From Mycobacteriales bacterium (GTDB taxonomy: Bacteria > Actinomycetota > Actinomycetes > Mycobacteriales > QHCE01), in the NCBI GenBank assembly GCA_038260095.1, contig JBBSOC010000001.1:952-64951 (forward strand): DNA of 64,000 nucleotides, given 5' to 3'. The notes below the pieces were generated by a model. It was not told where the DNA came from, ran no database searches, and was given only the letters and a program-made list of their open reading frames with translations. Numbering within the stretch: position 1 is the stretch's first letter; each line of letters begins with the position of its first letter. Below, in pieces: positions 25,081 through 35,239 of the stretch. The translations under genes and the position numbers were made by a program.

Positions 25081-26049
25081 GGACTTTGCGGGGCTGTTGT
25101 TATCGAGCCGATCTCGCAGTTCACGCAGTGCGGCTACCTCTAGCTGCCGCACTCGTTCACGACTTAGGCCAAGGCCGGAGGCAATCTCGGTCAGCGAGCG
25201 CTGTCGCCCATCATCAAGCCCAAATCGTTTGCGAATAATCGTGGCTTCTCGAGGATCGAGTCGCATCAGCATGTGGTTGAGCCTGCGACGCTCCACCCCA
25301 GCGATGACCTCATCTTCCGGCGATGGCACATCGGATTCGGCCACCAGGTCAGACAGAGATGTCTCCTCATCCTCGCCGACTGGGGTATCCAAGCTCACAG
25401 TCTCTCGAGCGTAGGAGGTAATCTCCTCCACTCGCGCAGGTTCAGCTCCGAGCGCCTGCGCAAGCTCCCCCACCTCTGGATCGCGGCCTAGCTCGCGGGT
25501 GAGATCTCGCCGAATATTGCGCAGCCGATTGATCTCCTCTACCAGATGCACCGGGAGTCGAACCACTCGCGCTTGTTGAGCGATTGCCCGGCTGATGGCC
25601 TGCCGAACCCACCACGTGGCATAGGTGGAGAATTTGAAACCCTTGCGGTAGTCAAATTTCTCCACAGCCCGGACCACACCTGAATTACCCTCCTGGATTA
25701 GATCCAACATGGGCATAGCCGAACGTGCGTACCGTCGCGCGATCGAAACCACCAGACGCAGATTTGCCAGAATAAATGCTTCTTTGGCGCGCCGACCAGC
25801 GCTAACAAGTTCTCGCAGCTCTCGCTCGGTGGCGTCACAGGCCGGCTTTCTACCCTCAGCCAGCAAATACTCGGCGTACAAACCTGCCTCAATTGCGCTG
25901 GAGAGTTCGACTTCGCTTGAGGCATCTAACAGCGGAGTCTGGCTGATCTCATGCAGGTAGGTGCCTATCAGATCGCGATCGGGCGCGGCAAAGCTACGAC
26001 TGGCCGAATCGGCCATCCGCTCATCACGCTCGTCCACAAACCTAGCCAT
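25036..26049 (-). CDS. RNA polymerase sigma-70 family factor (group 1/2-like)
   Basis: Regions 2-4 are recognisable: LANLRLVVSIARRY, DLIQEGNSGVVRAVEKFDYRKGFKFSTYATWWVRQAI, SLTEIASGLGLSRERVRQLE. Confidence 0.85.
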   Translation of the reverse strand: MARFVDERDERMADSASRSFAAPDRDLIGTYLHEISQTPLLDASSEVELSSAIEAGLYAEYLLAEGRKPACDATERELRELVSAGRRAKEAFILANLRLVVSIARRYARSAMPMLDLIQEGNSGVVRAVEKFDYRKGFKFSTYATWWVRQAISRAIAQQARVVRLPVHLVEEINRLRNIRRDLTRELGRDPEVGELAQALGAEPARVEEITSYARETVSLDTPVGEDEETSLSDLVAESDVPSPEDEVIAGVERRRLNHMLMRLDPREATIIRKRFGLDDGRQRSLTEIASGLGLSRERVRQLEVAALRELRDRLDNNSPAKSLTDNKPARIHAHAA

Positions 26050-26131
26050 GTGTCCTCATTTGTTGGGCAGTTACCCATTAGCGTTTGATATAACGTAAAA
26101 GTTTGGTTGAAGATTCCTCTCCTGAGCAGTA

Positions 26132-26665
26132 ATGCGACACGTAGTGTTCGTACTAATGTCTACTTCTGGTTCACTTCCGTTACAGCCGTATGAGTTCGTC
26201 GATGCCATGGCGCAGCTCCCCGCGGCCATCTCACTGGTGACGCTGCGGGACGAGCTCGACGACGTGGTTACCACAGCGAGCTCGTTGGTCTCAGTCTCCC
26301 TACAACCGGCGCTGATTTCGATCTGCACCGATCAAGCCTCGTACTTCAATGAAGCGCTCGCTCAAAGCCCGGAATGGGCAGTGACAGTGCTTTCAGCAAC
26401 ACAGCGGCACCTGGCTGGCCGTTGCTCAGCACCCGGGCGACCCAGCGCGCGACTACTACTCGCCGAAGAACCACACCATCGCGGCGCTCACAGTGCGGCA
26501 CTGATCGTGGAGCAGGGCGTGGTGGCGCTGGAATGCCGAACCATACAGCGCATCCAGGCCGGGGACCACTACCTAGTGATTGCCGAAGTCGCCGCAGTGG
26601 ACTACATAAATTCTGCCCGAGAGCCGCTCATCCGACTCCGTCGCACCTACCGCGGCGTGATGTAG
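26132..26665 (+). CDS. Flavin reductase-like (split-barrel) domain protein
   Basis: 177 aa: ..FVDAMAQLPAAISLVT..SSLVSVSLQPALISIC..GDHYLVIAEV.. Confidence 0.6.
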   Translation: MRHVVFVLMSTSGSLPLQPYEFVDAMAQLPAAISLVTLRDELDDVVTTASSLVSVSLQPALISICTDQASYFNEALAQSPEWAVTVLSATQRHLAGRCSAPGRPSARLLLAEEPHHRGAHSAALIVEQGVVALECRTIQRIQAGDHYLVIAEVAAVDYINSAREPLIRLRRTYRGVM

Positions 26666-26743
26666 CGGCCGGACCTTCTAGGAAAACGGCCGTTATCCGG
26701 CCAGTTACGGGATGTTTTTCTTTAAAACCCCTAGGGTTGCGGA

Positions 26744-27364
26744 GTGACCGACAAACCAACAGATCGCCTGGTGTGGATCGACTGCGAGATGACCGGGCTT
26801 AGCCCTGCCAGCGATGCACTGATTGAGGTTGCTGCGATTGTTACTGACGGCGAGTTGAACGTACTTGGTGACGGGATCGACATTGTGATCCACACCGCTG
26901 ACAGCGTGCTGAACAGCATGGATACCGTGGTGGCCACCATGCATGCGCACTCCGGCCTTACCGAGGAAGTTCGCGCGTCCACTGTGAGCTTAGCCGTGGC
27001 CGAGCAGCAAGTGCTCGCCTACGTGACCAAACACGTACCGCAAGCCGGGGTTGCTCCGCTCTGCGGTAACTCAATCGGCACCGATCGAGCATTCCTCAAG
27101 ACATACATGCCCAATCTGGACAACCACCTGCACTACCGCATGGTGGACGTCTCCTCGGTGAAAGAGTTATGCCGACGCTGGTACCCGCGTGTGTACTTTT
27201 CTCAGCCCGAAAAAGGGCTAGCGCACCGCGCGCTTGCTGACATTCTCGAAAGCGTGCGCGAACTCAGCTATTACCGGCACTCCATCTTCGTGCCTGGTCC
27301 TGGTCCAGACATCGAAGAAGCTAAGGCCATAGCCGCGACGCTAACCCAACGGCAACCGCTATGA
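26744..27364 (+). CDS. orn: Oligoribonuclease
   Basis: [53 protein letters not shown] (DEDDh exonuclease motifs). Confidence 0.85.
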   Translation: MTDKPTDRLVWIDCEMTGLSPASDALIEVAAIVTDGELNVLGDGIDIVIHTADSVLNSMDTVVATMHAHSGLTEEVRASTVSLAVAEQQVLAYVTKHVPQAGVAPLCGNSIGTDRAFLKTYMPNLDNHLHYRMVDVSSVKELCRRWYPRVYFSQPEKGLAHRALADILESVRELSYYRHSIFVPGPGPDIEEAKAIAATLTQRQPL

Positions 27365-27415
27365 TGGTTGAGACGCGCATTGATCGTTGATTGATCGGTG
27401 TCGATCACGGAACAT

Positions 27416-27492
27416 GGTGGCTGTAGCTCAGCTGGTAGAGCACCGGGTTGTGATCCCGGGTGTCGTGGGTTCAAGCCCCACCAGCCACACCA
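27416..27492 (+). tRNA. tRNA-His (anticodon GTG), extra 5' G and encoded CCA
   Basis: G-1 plus acceptor GTGGCTG/CAGCCAC, anticodon loop TTGTGAT, T-arm GTGGG-TTCAAGC-CCCAC. Confidence 0.9.
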
Positions 27493-27505
27493 ATATCCGC
27501 GGTGC

Positions 27506-28708
27506 TCAGGGCGCGGCAGGACCACTCAGGGCACTGCCGGCCTTAAACTCGTCCCAGTTGAGGTTCCAGTCTGTCCACCCGTCACCGGGAGTAACCTTGG
27601 TCTCGGTGCCGACCACTTCGACGAGATCACCTACGGTACTCAGGTCATAAAACCACTGGGCATTTTCGGTGGAAAGGTTCACGCAGCCATGAGAAACATT
27701 GCGTTTGCCTTGATCGGCGATCGACCATGGCGCGGCATGCACAAACTCACCGCCCCACGTAAAGCGAACATCCCAATACACCTTGAGCTTGTATCCACCG
27801 TCGGCGTGTGAGAGACCAAAAGTCTCCGAGTCGAAGATTTTATCCGCAAACTTTTCCAACACCACGTGGGTACCCGACGAGGTAGGCGCCTCGGGTTTGC
27901 CGAGGCTTACCGGCAGCTGTCTAATCAGCTCACCATCTTTGTATACGCTGGCTGTATGCGAGGCGTTATCCACTTTGGTAATGACCTTCGAGCCAATGGT
28001 GAAGCTCGCCAAACGATCGCTGTACCCGAAACGATTATGGGCTAGCTCCAAACCGCCGGTCCCCAGCCGGACCGACACCTTCGTCCCGGACTTCCAGTAC
28101 TCCTTCGGTCGGTAGTGCACTTCGTTGCCGGAATACCAGTGCCACGCTCCTTCGGTAGCCGGTTGCGCTGTGACGAAGAATCGCCGCTCAACGGCGGCGC
28201 GGCGCGATGGTGGGACACTCACACCAAACTTCACCACTACGGGCATTCCTACGCCTACAGTCTGGCCATCTGGCATATACAACTCGCTGCTCTCCGTACG
28301 GCCACGGCCTCCTGTGGTGAAATTCAAGGTGCGCGTCTTGGATATCCGACCTTGTTCAGCACTTACCTCCAGCCGATATTTAGTTCGGTACGACAGCTGA
28401 GTACTCGGAATCCACGTGTGGTCGTCTCGCGCGAAGCTGCCCGAAATGCGCGTGCCGTCAGAAGCGACAAGGTCAGCCGAAGTGACAGTGCCGCTCGTGG
28501 TTATAGGGAACTCAGTGGCGACCGAGACACCCGTGGCGCCCGCCGCCGGGCCAGCGATCGAAAGGCGAAGGGGAGCTAACGCCGTTGAGCTCTTGCCATC
28601 GGAACCAGGGGTGTAAAAGCTACCCGAGCTGGTGCAAGCGGTGGTGAGCAACAGCCCCAGGAGGGCGAAGACCAGTAGAAATCTGCGACTGTTTCGCCGT
28701 CGGCGCAT
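27506..28708 (-). CDS. L,D-transpeptidase lipoprotein (YkuD domain)
   Basis: Lipobox LLTTAC; catalytic ..NVSHGCVNLSTENA.. Confidence 0.85.
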   Translation of the reverse strand: MRRRRNSRRFLLVFALLGLLLTTACTSSGSFYTPGSDGKSSTALAPLRLSIAGPAAGATGVSVATEFPITTSGTVTSADLVASDGTRISGSFARDDHTWIPSTQLSYRTKYRLEVSAEQGRISKTRTLNFTTGGRGRTESSELYMPDGQTVGVGMPVVVKFGVSVPPSRRAAVERRFFVTAQPATEGAWHWYSGNEVHYRPKEYWKSGTKVSVRLGTGGLELAHNRFGYSDRLASFTIGSKVITKVDNASHTASVYKDGELIRQLPVSLGKPEAPTSSGTHVVLEKFADKIFDSETFGLSHADGGYKLKVYWDVRFTWGGEFVHAAPWSIADQGKRNVSHGCVNLSTENAQWFYDLSTVGDLVEVVGTETKVTPGDGWTDWNLNWDEFKAGSALSGPAAP

Positions 28709-28943
28709 TACTTACCCCTGCTACATCTAATGCTGAATACGTTTGTCTGGGAGTGTCGGCGCTGACCACGTGTATCGAGGGACGTGACGTGTCTACACCG
28801 GTGTTGGTATCAGCGTATCCCGCCACGGCCAAGTATCGTGACATTGCTGAAACTTTTGTATGTGACTCATCCCCTAGGCGCCGCGTGGCCCACCACATGG
28901 AGGCTGCTAGATTGGGACCCGCACGATCGGGCATGCTCGATCG

Positions 28944-29019
28944 GCGCCGCTAGCTCAATTGGTAGAGCAGCTGGCTCTTAACCAGCGGGTTCGGGGTTCG
29001 AGTCCCTGGCGGCGCACCA
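28944..29019 (+). tRNA. tRNA-Lys (anticodon CTT), encoded CCA
   Basis: Acceptor GCGCCGC/GCGGCGC, anticodon loop CTCTTAA, T-arm CGGGG-TTCGAGT-CCCTG. Confidence 0.9.
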
Positions 29020-29377
29020 CGTTCGATGCCACTAACAGAGCAAACATCGTTACCGATTTAGGATACCCCCGCTGGTTCAGCCGGAGTGCTCACCGAATGC
29101 TCACGGAGGGTTTGGGGACTAGCGGATTAGCACGCTCAGAACCCAACCTATCTACCCCTTCAAGATCACAGCGAGGTCAACTCCTGCGGCCATACTCAGC
29201 GCAGCCGCCCCGTAGCGAAGACCGTACACATTGTTGAGCCTTTAGAAGTAAGCCCGACTCGGTACTCCGATGGCGCTCGGTAGGGTTTAGCGCTTTCTAA
29301 GTGCCCCACCTTGTCTTTGCTTCCTTCGATGGGGTACGTTTAGGTTAATCCCCCCAGGGGCTTCGGCTGCTGGGTGC

Positions 29378-29399
29378 AAGGCCCACTTTGGTGGGCCTT
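29378..29399. terminator. Hairpin AAGGCCCAC-TTTG-GTGGGCCTT
   Basis: 9-bp GC-rich stem 10 nt beyond the NYN gene stop. T-rich run (TGCTTTAT) on the plus side. Confidence 0.5.
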
Positions 29400-29408
29400 T
29401 GCTTTATG

Positions 29409-30035
29409 TCACCAGTTCTTAGGCTTGTGGATCGTGAAACCCTGAATGTCGGTAAGTTTTAAGGGAAACTGGCATTGCCTAAGCGCTGAAGCTCGAATCT
29501 GCTTGAAGAACGTGGCCTCCATCGAGCGGCTGCGTTTATATGCTGGGTGAGGGTTCAAAATTCCCGTTGTCAAACCGAGCTCTTCCCGAACTACTCGCAG
29601 CGGCTCTCGTAGGTCTGAATCGTTGCTGATAACAACCGCAGCAGAGCAGTCACCTTTGCAGGCGTCCAGCGTGAGATAGGTCGCCAGGTTTACATCTGAC
29701 CCCTTCTCCTCAGTCTTAATTACTTCCACCGTCTTAGTGCCGTTGGGTTCTGGATGGGCTAATGCCATGCGTACCGAACGCACACGGAACTCGCCAAGGT
29801 GAACGGAAAGGTTCGGCAGAGTCGCTAACGCCCGCAGGTAGGCATCTTGCCGAACATGCTGCTGGGCATCGTCTGGTCGCGGCGAGACCTTAGCGGTGAA
29901 ATACCTGATTCGGTGGATTTGATGCTTGGGGAGGAGTTTGCGACAGAGCGCCCCAAGGTTGAGCCACTTATAGGGAGTACCTTTAAGGCACCCGTAGTAC
30001 GTATTGAACCCGTCAATATAGACGTTCGTGATCAT
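29409..30035 (-). CDS. NYN (PIN-like) domain protein
   Basis: MITNVYIDGFNTYYG..YKWLNLGAL..IRYFTAKV..EEKGSDVNLA..VVISNDSDL. Lower GC than the flanks. Confidence 0.7.
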   Translation of the reverse strand: MITNVYIDGFNTYYGCLKGTPYKWLNLGALCRKLLPKHQIHRIRYFTAKVSPRPDDAQQHVRQDAYLRALATLPNLSVHLGEFRVRSVRMALAHPEPNGTKTVEVIKTEEKGSDVNLATYLTLDACKGDCSAAVVISNDSDLREPLRVVREELGLTTGILNPHPAYKRSRSMEATFFKQIRASALRQCQFPLKLTDIQGFTIHKPKNW

Positions 30036-30682
30036 GAGTGAGCCTTTATATAGCTGCAAGGGTTACCGCTGGTCTAGCTCTTGGCAGTTCTAGATGATCT
30101 TTAATCTTTTGTATAGGAGTTAAAAAATCTCTAATGGTGGCCTAGCCGTGTTGCAATCCGACTAGGCCGTGATACAAGGGACATACACTCCCTACGCATC
30201 GTGGTTATCGTGCCACGCCGCGCAGCTGTGTCTTCCTTGCCTTAGTCGAGGAGGCAACTAATCCTGCGCAATATCTCAGTGAACACCCAGGCTATGACGT
30301 TTCTGGCTGTCAGTGTGTCGGATGTCAAGACCGACCGCGAGTCTAGGGCGCAGCTCCACAGGTTGATGTGGTTGCTACGCAGGCCTCAGGTGATCGCCCA
30401 GAGGTTTTGAGGATCACCACGCCGTCAAGCCTGTGGGTGGGGAGCCCGGTGCCGCGGTAACGCTGGGCGGGCTAACCGTGTCGTCGTGGGAAGTCGACCG
30501 ACGAAGCGGCCTTAGTTGGAAACCAGCGTCCAAGTCACTGTCCTAGTCCATAAAAGCCCGTTACCCAACAGCACCGCAGCCTTAAAATCGGTCAGTAATA
30601 ACTCCAATCATGGCCAAGGCGATCCTGTCCCAGCCGGCAAGAAATAGCCGGCATAGTCTGGAAGCTGACCGCGCACTGTCAG

Positions 30683-30797
30683 CAGGAAAACGTCAATTTT
30701 CTATTTGATCGTCAGTGTCCTTGGCAGGCAACGGGGTAGTTTTCAGGGAAAACGTCTGCTAGACGGCAATTTTCACCACGTTTTCAGGGAAAATGTC
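30683..30797. repeat. Reiterated motif TTTTCAGGGAAAAYGTC (2.5 copies), last copy overlaps the acyltransferase stop
   Basis: Copies at 30683-30694 (partial), 30740-30756 and 30781-30797. Confidence 0.6.
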
Positions 30798-31674
30798 GTG
30801 ATGACGCCGCGCAGCCGGCTAACGCAGCCACGCCTGCTGCTCGCACCGCCAATGCTCGGCGCGTGACACCAGCGGGTTTCGCAGGCAGCAGCTCTTCCCC
30901 CAGCTCAGCGGCAACACCACGCAGCTTCAGTAGCCGCCATAGCGACGACCATGCGGTTTCCCCACGCAGTAGGGCCGCGTGGCTGGTGGGCTGATCAGCG
31001 GCGAAGTAGCTTAACCGCACCACCAGCACCTCGGCTTTGGCGTCTACCGCAGCTTGGAACACCGCGCTTCGCCACGGCAAAGCATGGCGGCCGCATGTCG
31101 TTGCCCCCTCGGGGAATGCGCCAAACGTCTCACCTGCTCGCAGCGCCGATGTGACCTCGGCGACCGTCGCCGGAAGCGCCAGTAGGCGATCTCGATCAAT
31201 AAATACGGTGCCCACCTGCCGAGCGAGCCAGCCCAATACCGGCCACGTCACCAACTCGCTCATCGCGAGCATGCGCATAGGACCGCATACGGCTTGCAGC
31301 ACCAGAATATCTAGCCACGACATATGTCTGGAGACGACTAAAACTCCTGGTAGTCGAGCCGAGGGACGAGGTATTGGGTGCCCCGGCAAGGGCAGCGAGC
31401 GCACCGAAACCCCCATGACGAATAGGCCAGAACGCGACCCAGCCCACACCGCACATCGGCTGAGTCGACCGCACTTGGGCGCGAGCGCGACCAGCCCCAT
31501 AGTCAACGCAAAGCATACGGATAGAGCCAAGAATCGAAGTACACGCAGCAACCACCACACCGCCAACGGCGAGTCACGGTTCAGGCACGTCACGTCGCAA
31601 CCGGTAGGACGCCACGGCACGCGTACATCTGGGTCGGGAAGTGCGGCATTGGCGAGTTTCCGGTACCAACCCAT
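30784..31674 (-). CDS. Lysophospholipid (PlsC-family) acyltransferase
   Basis: HxxxxD motif (SRHMSWLD) and FPEG motif (AFPEGATT). Confidence 0.7.
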   Translation of the reverse strand: MGWYRKLANAALPDPDVRVPWRPTGCDVTCLNRDSPLAVWWLLRVLRFLALSVCFALTMGLVALAPKCGRLSRCAVWAGSRSGLFVMGVSVRSLPLPGHPIPRPSARLPGVLVVSRHMSWLDILVLQAVCGPMRMLAMSELVTWPVLGWLARQVGTVFIDRDRLLALPATVAEVTSALRAGETFGAFPEGATTCGRHALPWRSAVFQAAVDAKAEVLVVRLSYFAADQPTSHAALLRGETAWSSLWRLLKLRGVAAELGEELLPAKPAGVTRRALAVRAAGVAALAGCAASSRHFP

Positions 31675-31775
31675 CCCATCCCATTCACGTCGGCGCTACT
31701 ACCGTGATTGCAGCGCGTCCAGCTCGACGGCGAACCAGGGATCAGCGTTGAAATCTCCAGTGCACGATATGTGCA

Positions 31776-33110
31776 CTAATGCCGCGCGACCACGCAGCTG
31801 AGCCGCTCGGCTATCTGCGCAGCATGCTCGTAGCTGCCAGCCTCCACCATGACCCGAACGAGCTGCTCAGTACCCGAAGGCCGCAACAACACCCGACCGG
31901 TATGGTCCAACTCAGCTTCAGCTTGCGCAACAGCGGCCACCACAGCCGGAGACGCCGCTACCGCGCTACGGTCATGCACCTCCACGTTACGCAGCACTTG
32001 CGGTAGTCGAGTCACGATCGCTGCCAGCTCCGCAAGTGACTGCCCGGTGGCGGCCATCCGCGCCAATATCGACAAGCCAGTCAGTAGCCCATCACCAGTC
32101 GTGGAGAACTCCGGCATCACCATGTGACCAGACTGCTCGCCACCCAGTGACAAGCCACGTTCACGCAGCGCTTCCAGCACGTAGCGGTCACCAACGGCCG
32201 TGGTAAGCACCTTGAGGCCGCGCTCACGCATCGCCACATGAAGCCCAAGGTTGCTCATCACCGTGGCAACTATCGTGTGATCACGCAGCTGTCCAGACTC
32301 TGCCAAGCCAACGGCAAGTATCGCCAAAATCTGATCACCATCGACGATGGAACCATCAGCGCTCACCGCAAGGCATCTGTCAGCATCGCCATCAAGCGCC
32401 AGGCCAATGTGAGCGGCGTGCTTGCGAACCGCTTCACGCAGCGGATCAAGGTGCGTCGATCCCACACCGTCGTTGATGTTCAGGCCGTCAGGCGAGTCTC
32501 CGATCGTGATGACATCCGCACCCGCACGTCGAAGCAGTGCTGGTCCGAGTTCAGCCGCCGCTCCGTGTGCAGCGTCCAACACCACGCGCAGGCCGTGCAG
32601 CGGCTGTGGCACACACGCCAGCAGATGATGCACATAGCGCTCACCGGCATTAGTCAGTTGGGCGATTCGGCCGACTTCGCCACCGATCGGCCGCTGCCAG
32701 TCAGGGTCGGCCATGGCGGCTTCGATCGCATCTTCGGTCGAATCGGGCAGTTTGTGGCCGCCTCGAGCAAATAGCTTGATGCCGTTGTCCGGCATGGGAT
32801 TGTGGCTGGCCGAGAGCATTACCCCGAGATCAGCACCGCCGTCGGAGACCAAAAATGCAACCGCTGGGGTAGGAATAACGCCTAGCCGCCAGACATAAGC
32901 GCCCGCGCTGGCTAGGCCCGCGCATACCGCGGCTTCCAGCATTTCGCTGCTTGCCCGCGGATCACGGCCCACCAGCGCAACGGGTGCCTTATTTGGCTCA
33001 CGGGCCGCCAAAACCCGGGCAGCCGCGCTGCTGAGGTCCAGCGCAAGCTCCGGCGTAAGCTCACGATTTGCGAGCCCACGTACCCCGTCAGTGCCAAACA
33101 GTCGACTCAA
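31776..33110 (-). CDS. glmM: Phosphoglucosamine mutase
   Basis: [12 protein letters not shown].., active-site [15 protein letters not shown]. Confidence 0.9.
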   Translation of the reverse strand: MSRLFGTDGVRGLANRELTPELALDLSSAAARVLAAREPNKAPVALVGRDPRASSEMLEAAVCAGLASAGAYVWRLGVIPTPAVAFLVSDGGADLGVMLSASHNPMPDNGIKLFARGGHKLPDSTEDAIEAAMADPDWQRPIGGEVGRIAQLTNAGERYVHHLLACVPQPLHGLRVVLDAAHGAAAELGPALLRRAGADVITIGDSPDGLNINDGVGSTHLDPLREAVRKHAAHIGLALDGDADRCLAVSADGSIVDGDQILAILAVGLAESGQLRDHTIVATVMSNLGLHVAMRERGLKVLTTAVGDRYVLEALRERGLSLGGEQSGHMVMPEFSTTGDGLLTGLSILARMAATGQSLAELAAIVTRLPQVLRNVEVHDRSAVAASPAVVAAVAQAEAELDHTGRVLLRPSGTEQLVRVMVEAGSYEHAAQIAERLSCVVARH

Positions 33111-33628
33111 CGCTTGCTATACTGCGGAGCCTTACGCGCCTTCTTCAGACCAGCCTTCTTGCGCTCCTTGGCACGCGCGTCACGAGTAAGCAGGCCAGCT
33201 TTTTTCAACAGTCCACGCCATTCGACGTTCACCTTGATGAGCGCTCGGGCGATAGCAAGAACCATCGCGCCGGCCTGACCGCTGGTTCCGCCGCCAGACA
33301 TGGTGGCGCGCACATCAAAAGACTTCAGGGTGTCAGTGAGCTGAAAAGGCCGCAAAATCAGCTGCTGTTGCACCTTGTCAAACGTGGTTTCGAAGACGCG
33401 CTTACTCTTTTTGTCCAGCTTGAACTCACCCGTGCCAGGGGTCAGTCTGATTCGAACAATGGCTTTCTTGCGGCGACCTACTGTTTGCACGGGCTCTGTG
33501 CCCACAAAACTACGCGGGGCTGGAGCGGGCATGCTAGTAGCGCTAGTCGTGCTGCTAGCGATGGTACTAGCGGCATTTGTGGTGCTACTAGTAGTGACAT
33601 TGGTCGTGGGGTCAGTAGTAACGGTCAC
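33107..33628 (-). CDS. rpsI: 30S ribosomal protein S9 (with ~40-aa Thr/Ser-rich N-terminal extension)
   Basis: ..[22 protein letters not shown].. ending ..APQYSKR. Confidence 0.9.
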   Translation of the reverse strand: MTVTTDPTTNVTTSSTTNAASTIASSTTSATSMPAPAPRSFVGTEPVQTVGRRKKAIVRIRLTPGTGEFKLDKKSKRVFETTFDKVQQQLILRPFQLTDTLKSFDVRATMSGGGTSGQAGAMVLAIARALIKVNVEWRGLLKKAGLLTRDARAKERKKAGLKKARKAPQYSKR

Positions 33629-34092
33629 GCTGCGGCCTTCTCTTGGTCAATCTGTGGCATCTGGATGATCTCAAACGATGTCGGCTGCTGAGCCGTATGC
33701 GGATGCGACGAGCCGGCATACACTTTGAGCTTGGAGAATATGGCCCGACCCAAGCGGTTTTTAGGAAGCATTCCCTTGATGGCGTTTTCTACTACACGCT
33801 CTGGACGGGTATCCAGAAGCACCCCAATTGGGGTGCTCTTGATACCGCCAGGATAGCCCGAGTGGCGGTACACCATCTTGTCGCGACGCTTGTTTCCGGT
33901 GAGCGCGACCTTTCCCGCATTGATGATTACGACATAATCACCGGTGTCCATGTGCGGGGTGAATATGGCTTTGTGCTTGCCGCGAAGCAACTTGGCTGCC
34001 GCGCTGGCTAGCTGGCCTAATATCACATCGGTAGCGTCGATCACATGCCACTGATGCTCGATATCACCCGGTTTGGGAGTGTAGGTACGCAC
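33625..34092 (-). CDS. rplM: 50S ribosomal protein L13
   Basis: [20 protein letters not shown]..; start set to GTG 34092 instead of the upstream ATG 34161. Confidence 0.85.
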   Translation of the reverse strand: MRTYTPKPGDIEHQWHVIDATDVILGQLASAAAKLLRGKHKAIFTPHMDTGDYVVIINAGKVALTGNKRRDKMVYRHSGYPGGIKSTPIGVLLDTRPERVVENAIKGMLPKNRLGRAIFSKLKVYAGSSHPHTAQQPTSFEIIQMPQIDQEKAAA

Positions 34093-34303
34093 AGGGTTTA
34101 CCTTGTCTTTCTCAGTCTTCGCTAATCCGTGACGAGCGTACTCGCCAACTCCGCGCGGCACACTCGTGCCGTCAACTTCTGCCGCGACCAGAACCTGGTT
34201 AAGAGTCCCAGCTCACGCATCCAGCGCGAGGTCATTACTGCCATTCAGAATACCTGGCCCAGTCAGACACACTTAAAGCGGGCGCCTACCACCTTTCACC
34301 CTC

Positions 34304-35203
34304 CTAGATAACCCGCATCTGCCTGGTGATCAAGGCTCGGGCCGCGAGCTCATTCGGTTCGGGGTAATCCACCCGTACCAGAGTTAACCCATGCGCCGGA
34401 GCCACCGTAACTGAACTGGCGCGCTCGGTCAGTCTCAACAGCTCAGCTGGCCAGTTGGCCTCACGCCGGCCGTCGCCCACCGCTATCAGCGCCCCTACCA
34501 GGCTCCGCACCATAGAGTGGCAGAACGCATCGGCCGCAACGTGAACTACCAGAATGTCCTCGGCATCAGCATGCGCGGGGTCAGTAGGCTCTCTGCGCCA
34601 CTCCAGTTGTTCCAAACAACGAATCGTACTTGCCAGTGGTCGGCGTCGACAGAACGCCGCAAAATCATGCTCTCCCAGTATTCGCTGGGCTGCTTCGTTC
34701 ATGGCTATCTGATCCAGGCGGTGCGGCCAGCTCAATGTGTCCCATCGACGAAGCGGCGTACTGCCGTGTGGCGCATCGTCAATGCGATAACGATAATGCC
34801 TGCGAAGCGCGGCAAAGCGGGCATGAAAGTCGTGCGTCACCGCTGTGATCCGATGCACCCGAATGTCGGGCGGAAGCGCTCGATTGAGCCTTTTCAGTAG
34901 CGACTCAGCTGGGTATCCAGAGCACACCGCTTCAGGCACATCGATGTGCGCCACTTGCCCCGTGGCATGCACACCAGAATCTGTCCGCCCAGCCACGGTG
35001 AGCGTCACCGGAGTCCGCAGGATTACCGACAACAGCTCGGTTAAAACCCCTTGCACCGTACGCTGATCGCGTTGACATGCCCAGCCAGAGAAATTCGTAC
35101 CATCGTAACCAAGGTCTAGACGGAGCCGGACCAACGGCACAGCCGCTATCTCTGTTGAATTGATACCGCCACCTCCACGCGATCTGCTCATACAGCTTCG
35201 CAT
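34304..35203 (-). CDS. truA: tRNA pseudouridine(38-40) synthase
   Basis: ..RLRLDLGYDGTNFSGWA..AGRTDSGVHATGQV.. The exact start is uncertain. Confidence 0.85.
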   Translation of the reverse strand: MRSCMSRSRGGGGINSTEIAAVPLVRLRLDLGYDGTNFSGWACQRDQRTVQGVLTELLSVILRTPVTLTVAGRTDSGVHATGQVAHIDVPEAVCSGYPAESLLKRLNRALPPDIRVHRITAVTHDFHARFAALRRHYRYRIDDAPHGSTPLRRWDTLSWPHRLDQIAMNEAAQRILGEHDFAAFCRRRPLASTIRCLEQLEWRREPTDPAHADAEDILVVHVAADAFCHSMVRSLVGALIAVGDGRREANWPAELLRLTERASSVTVAPAHGLTLVRVDYPEPNELAARALITRQMRVI

Positions 35204-35239
35204 GTTCTAAAACGAACTGCTCAGTGGCGTCGACCACAC

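Noticed and set aside
27398-27811. 137-aa plus-strand ORF
   Set aside because: It runs through tRNA-His and antisense to the L,D-transpeptidase gene, so it is a spurious ORF.
30290-30410. 38-aa ORF (MTFLAVSVSDVKTDRESRAQLHRL..) as a serine-recombinase remnant next to tRNA-Lys
   Set aside because: The resemblance to the resolvase N-terminal motif is superficial (no ..YxRVSxxxQ..) and cannot be supported without a profile search.
31037-31801. 254-aa plus-strand ORF
   Set aside because: It is antisense to the PlsC-family acyltransferase, which carries the HxxxxD and FPEG motifs. Low-complexity Ser/Arg/Thr composition.
33068-33691. 207-aa plus-strand ORF
   Set aside because: It is antisense to rpsI/rplM and glmM ends, so it is a shadow ORF.
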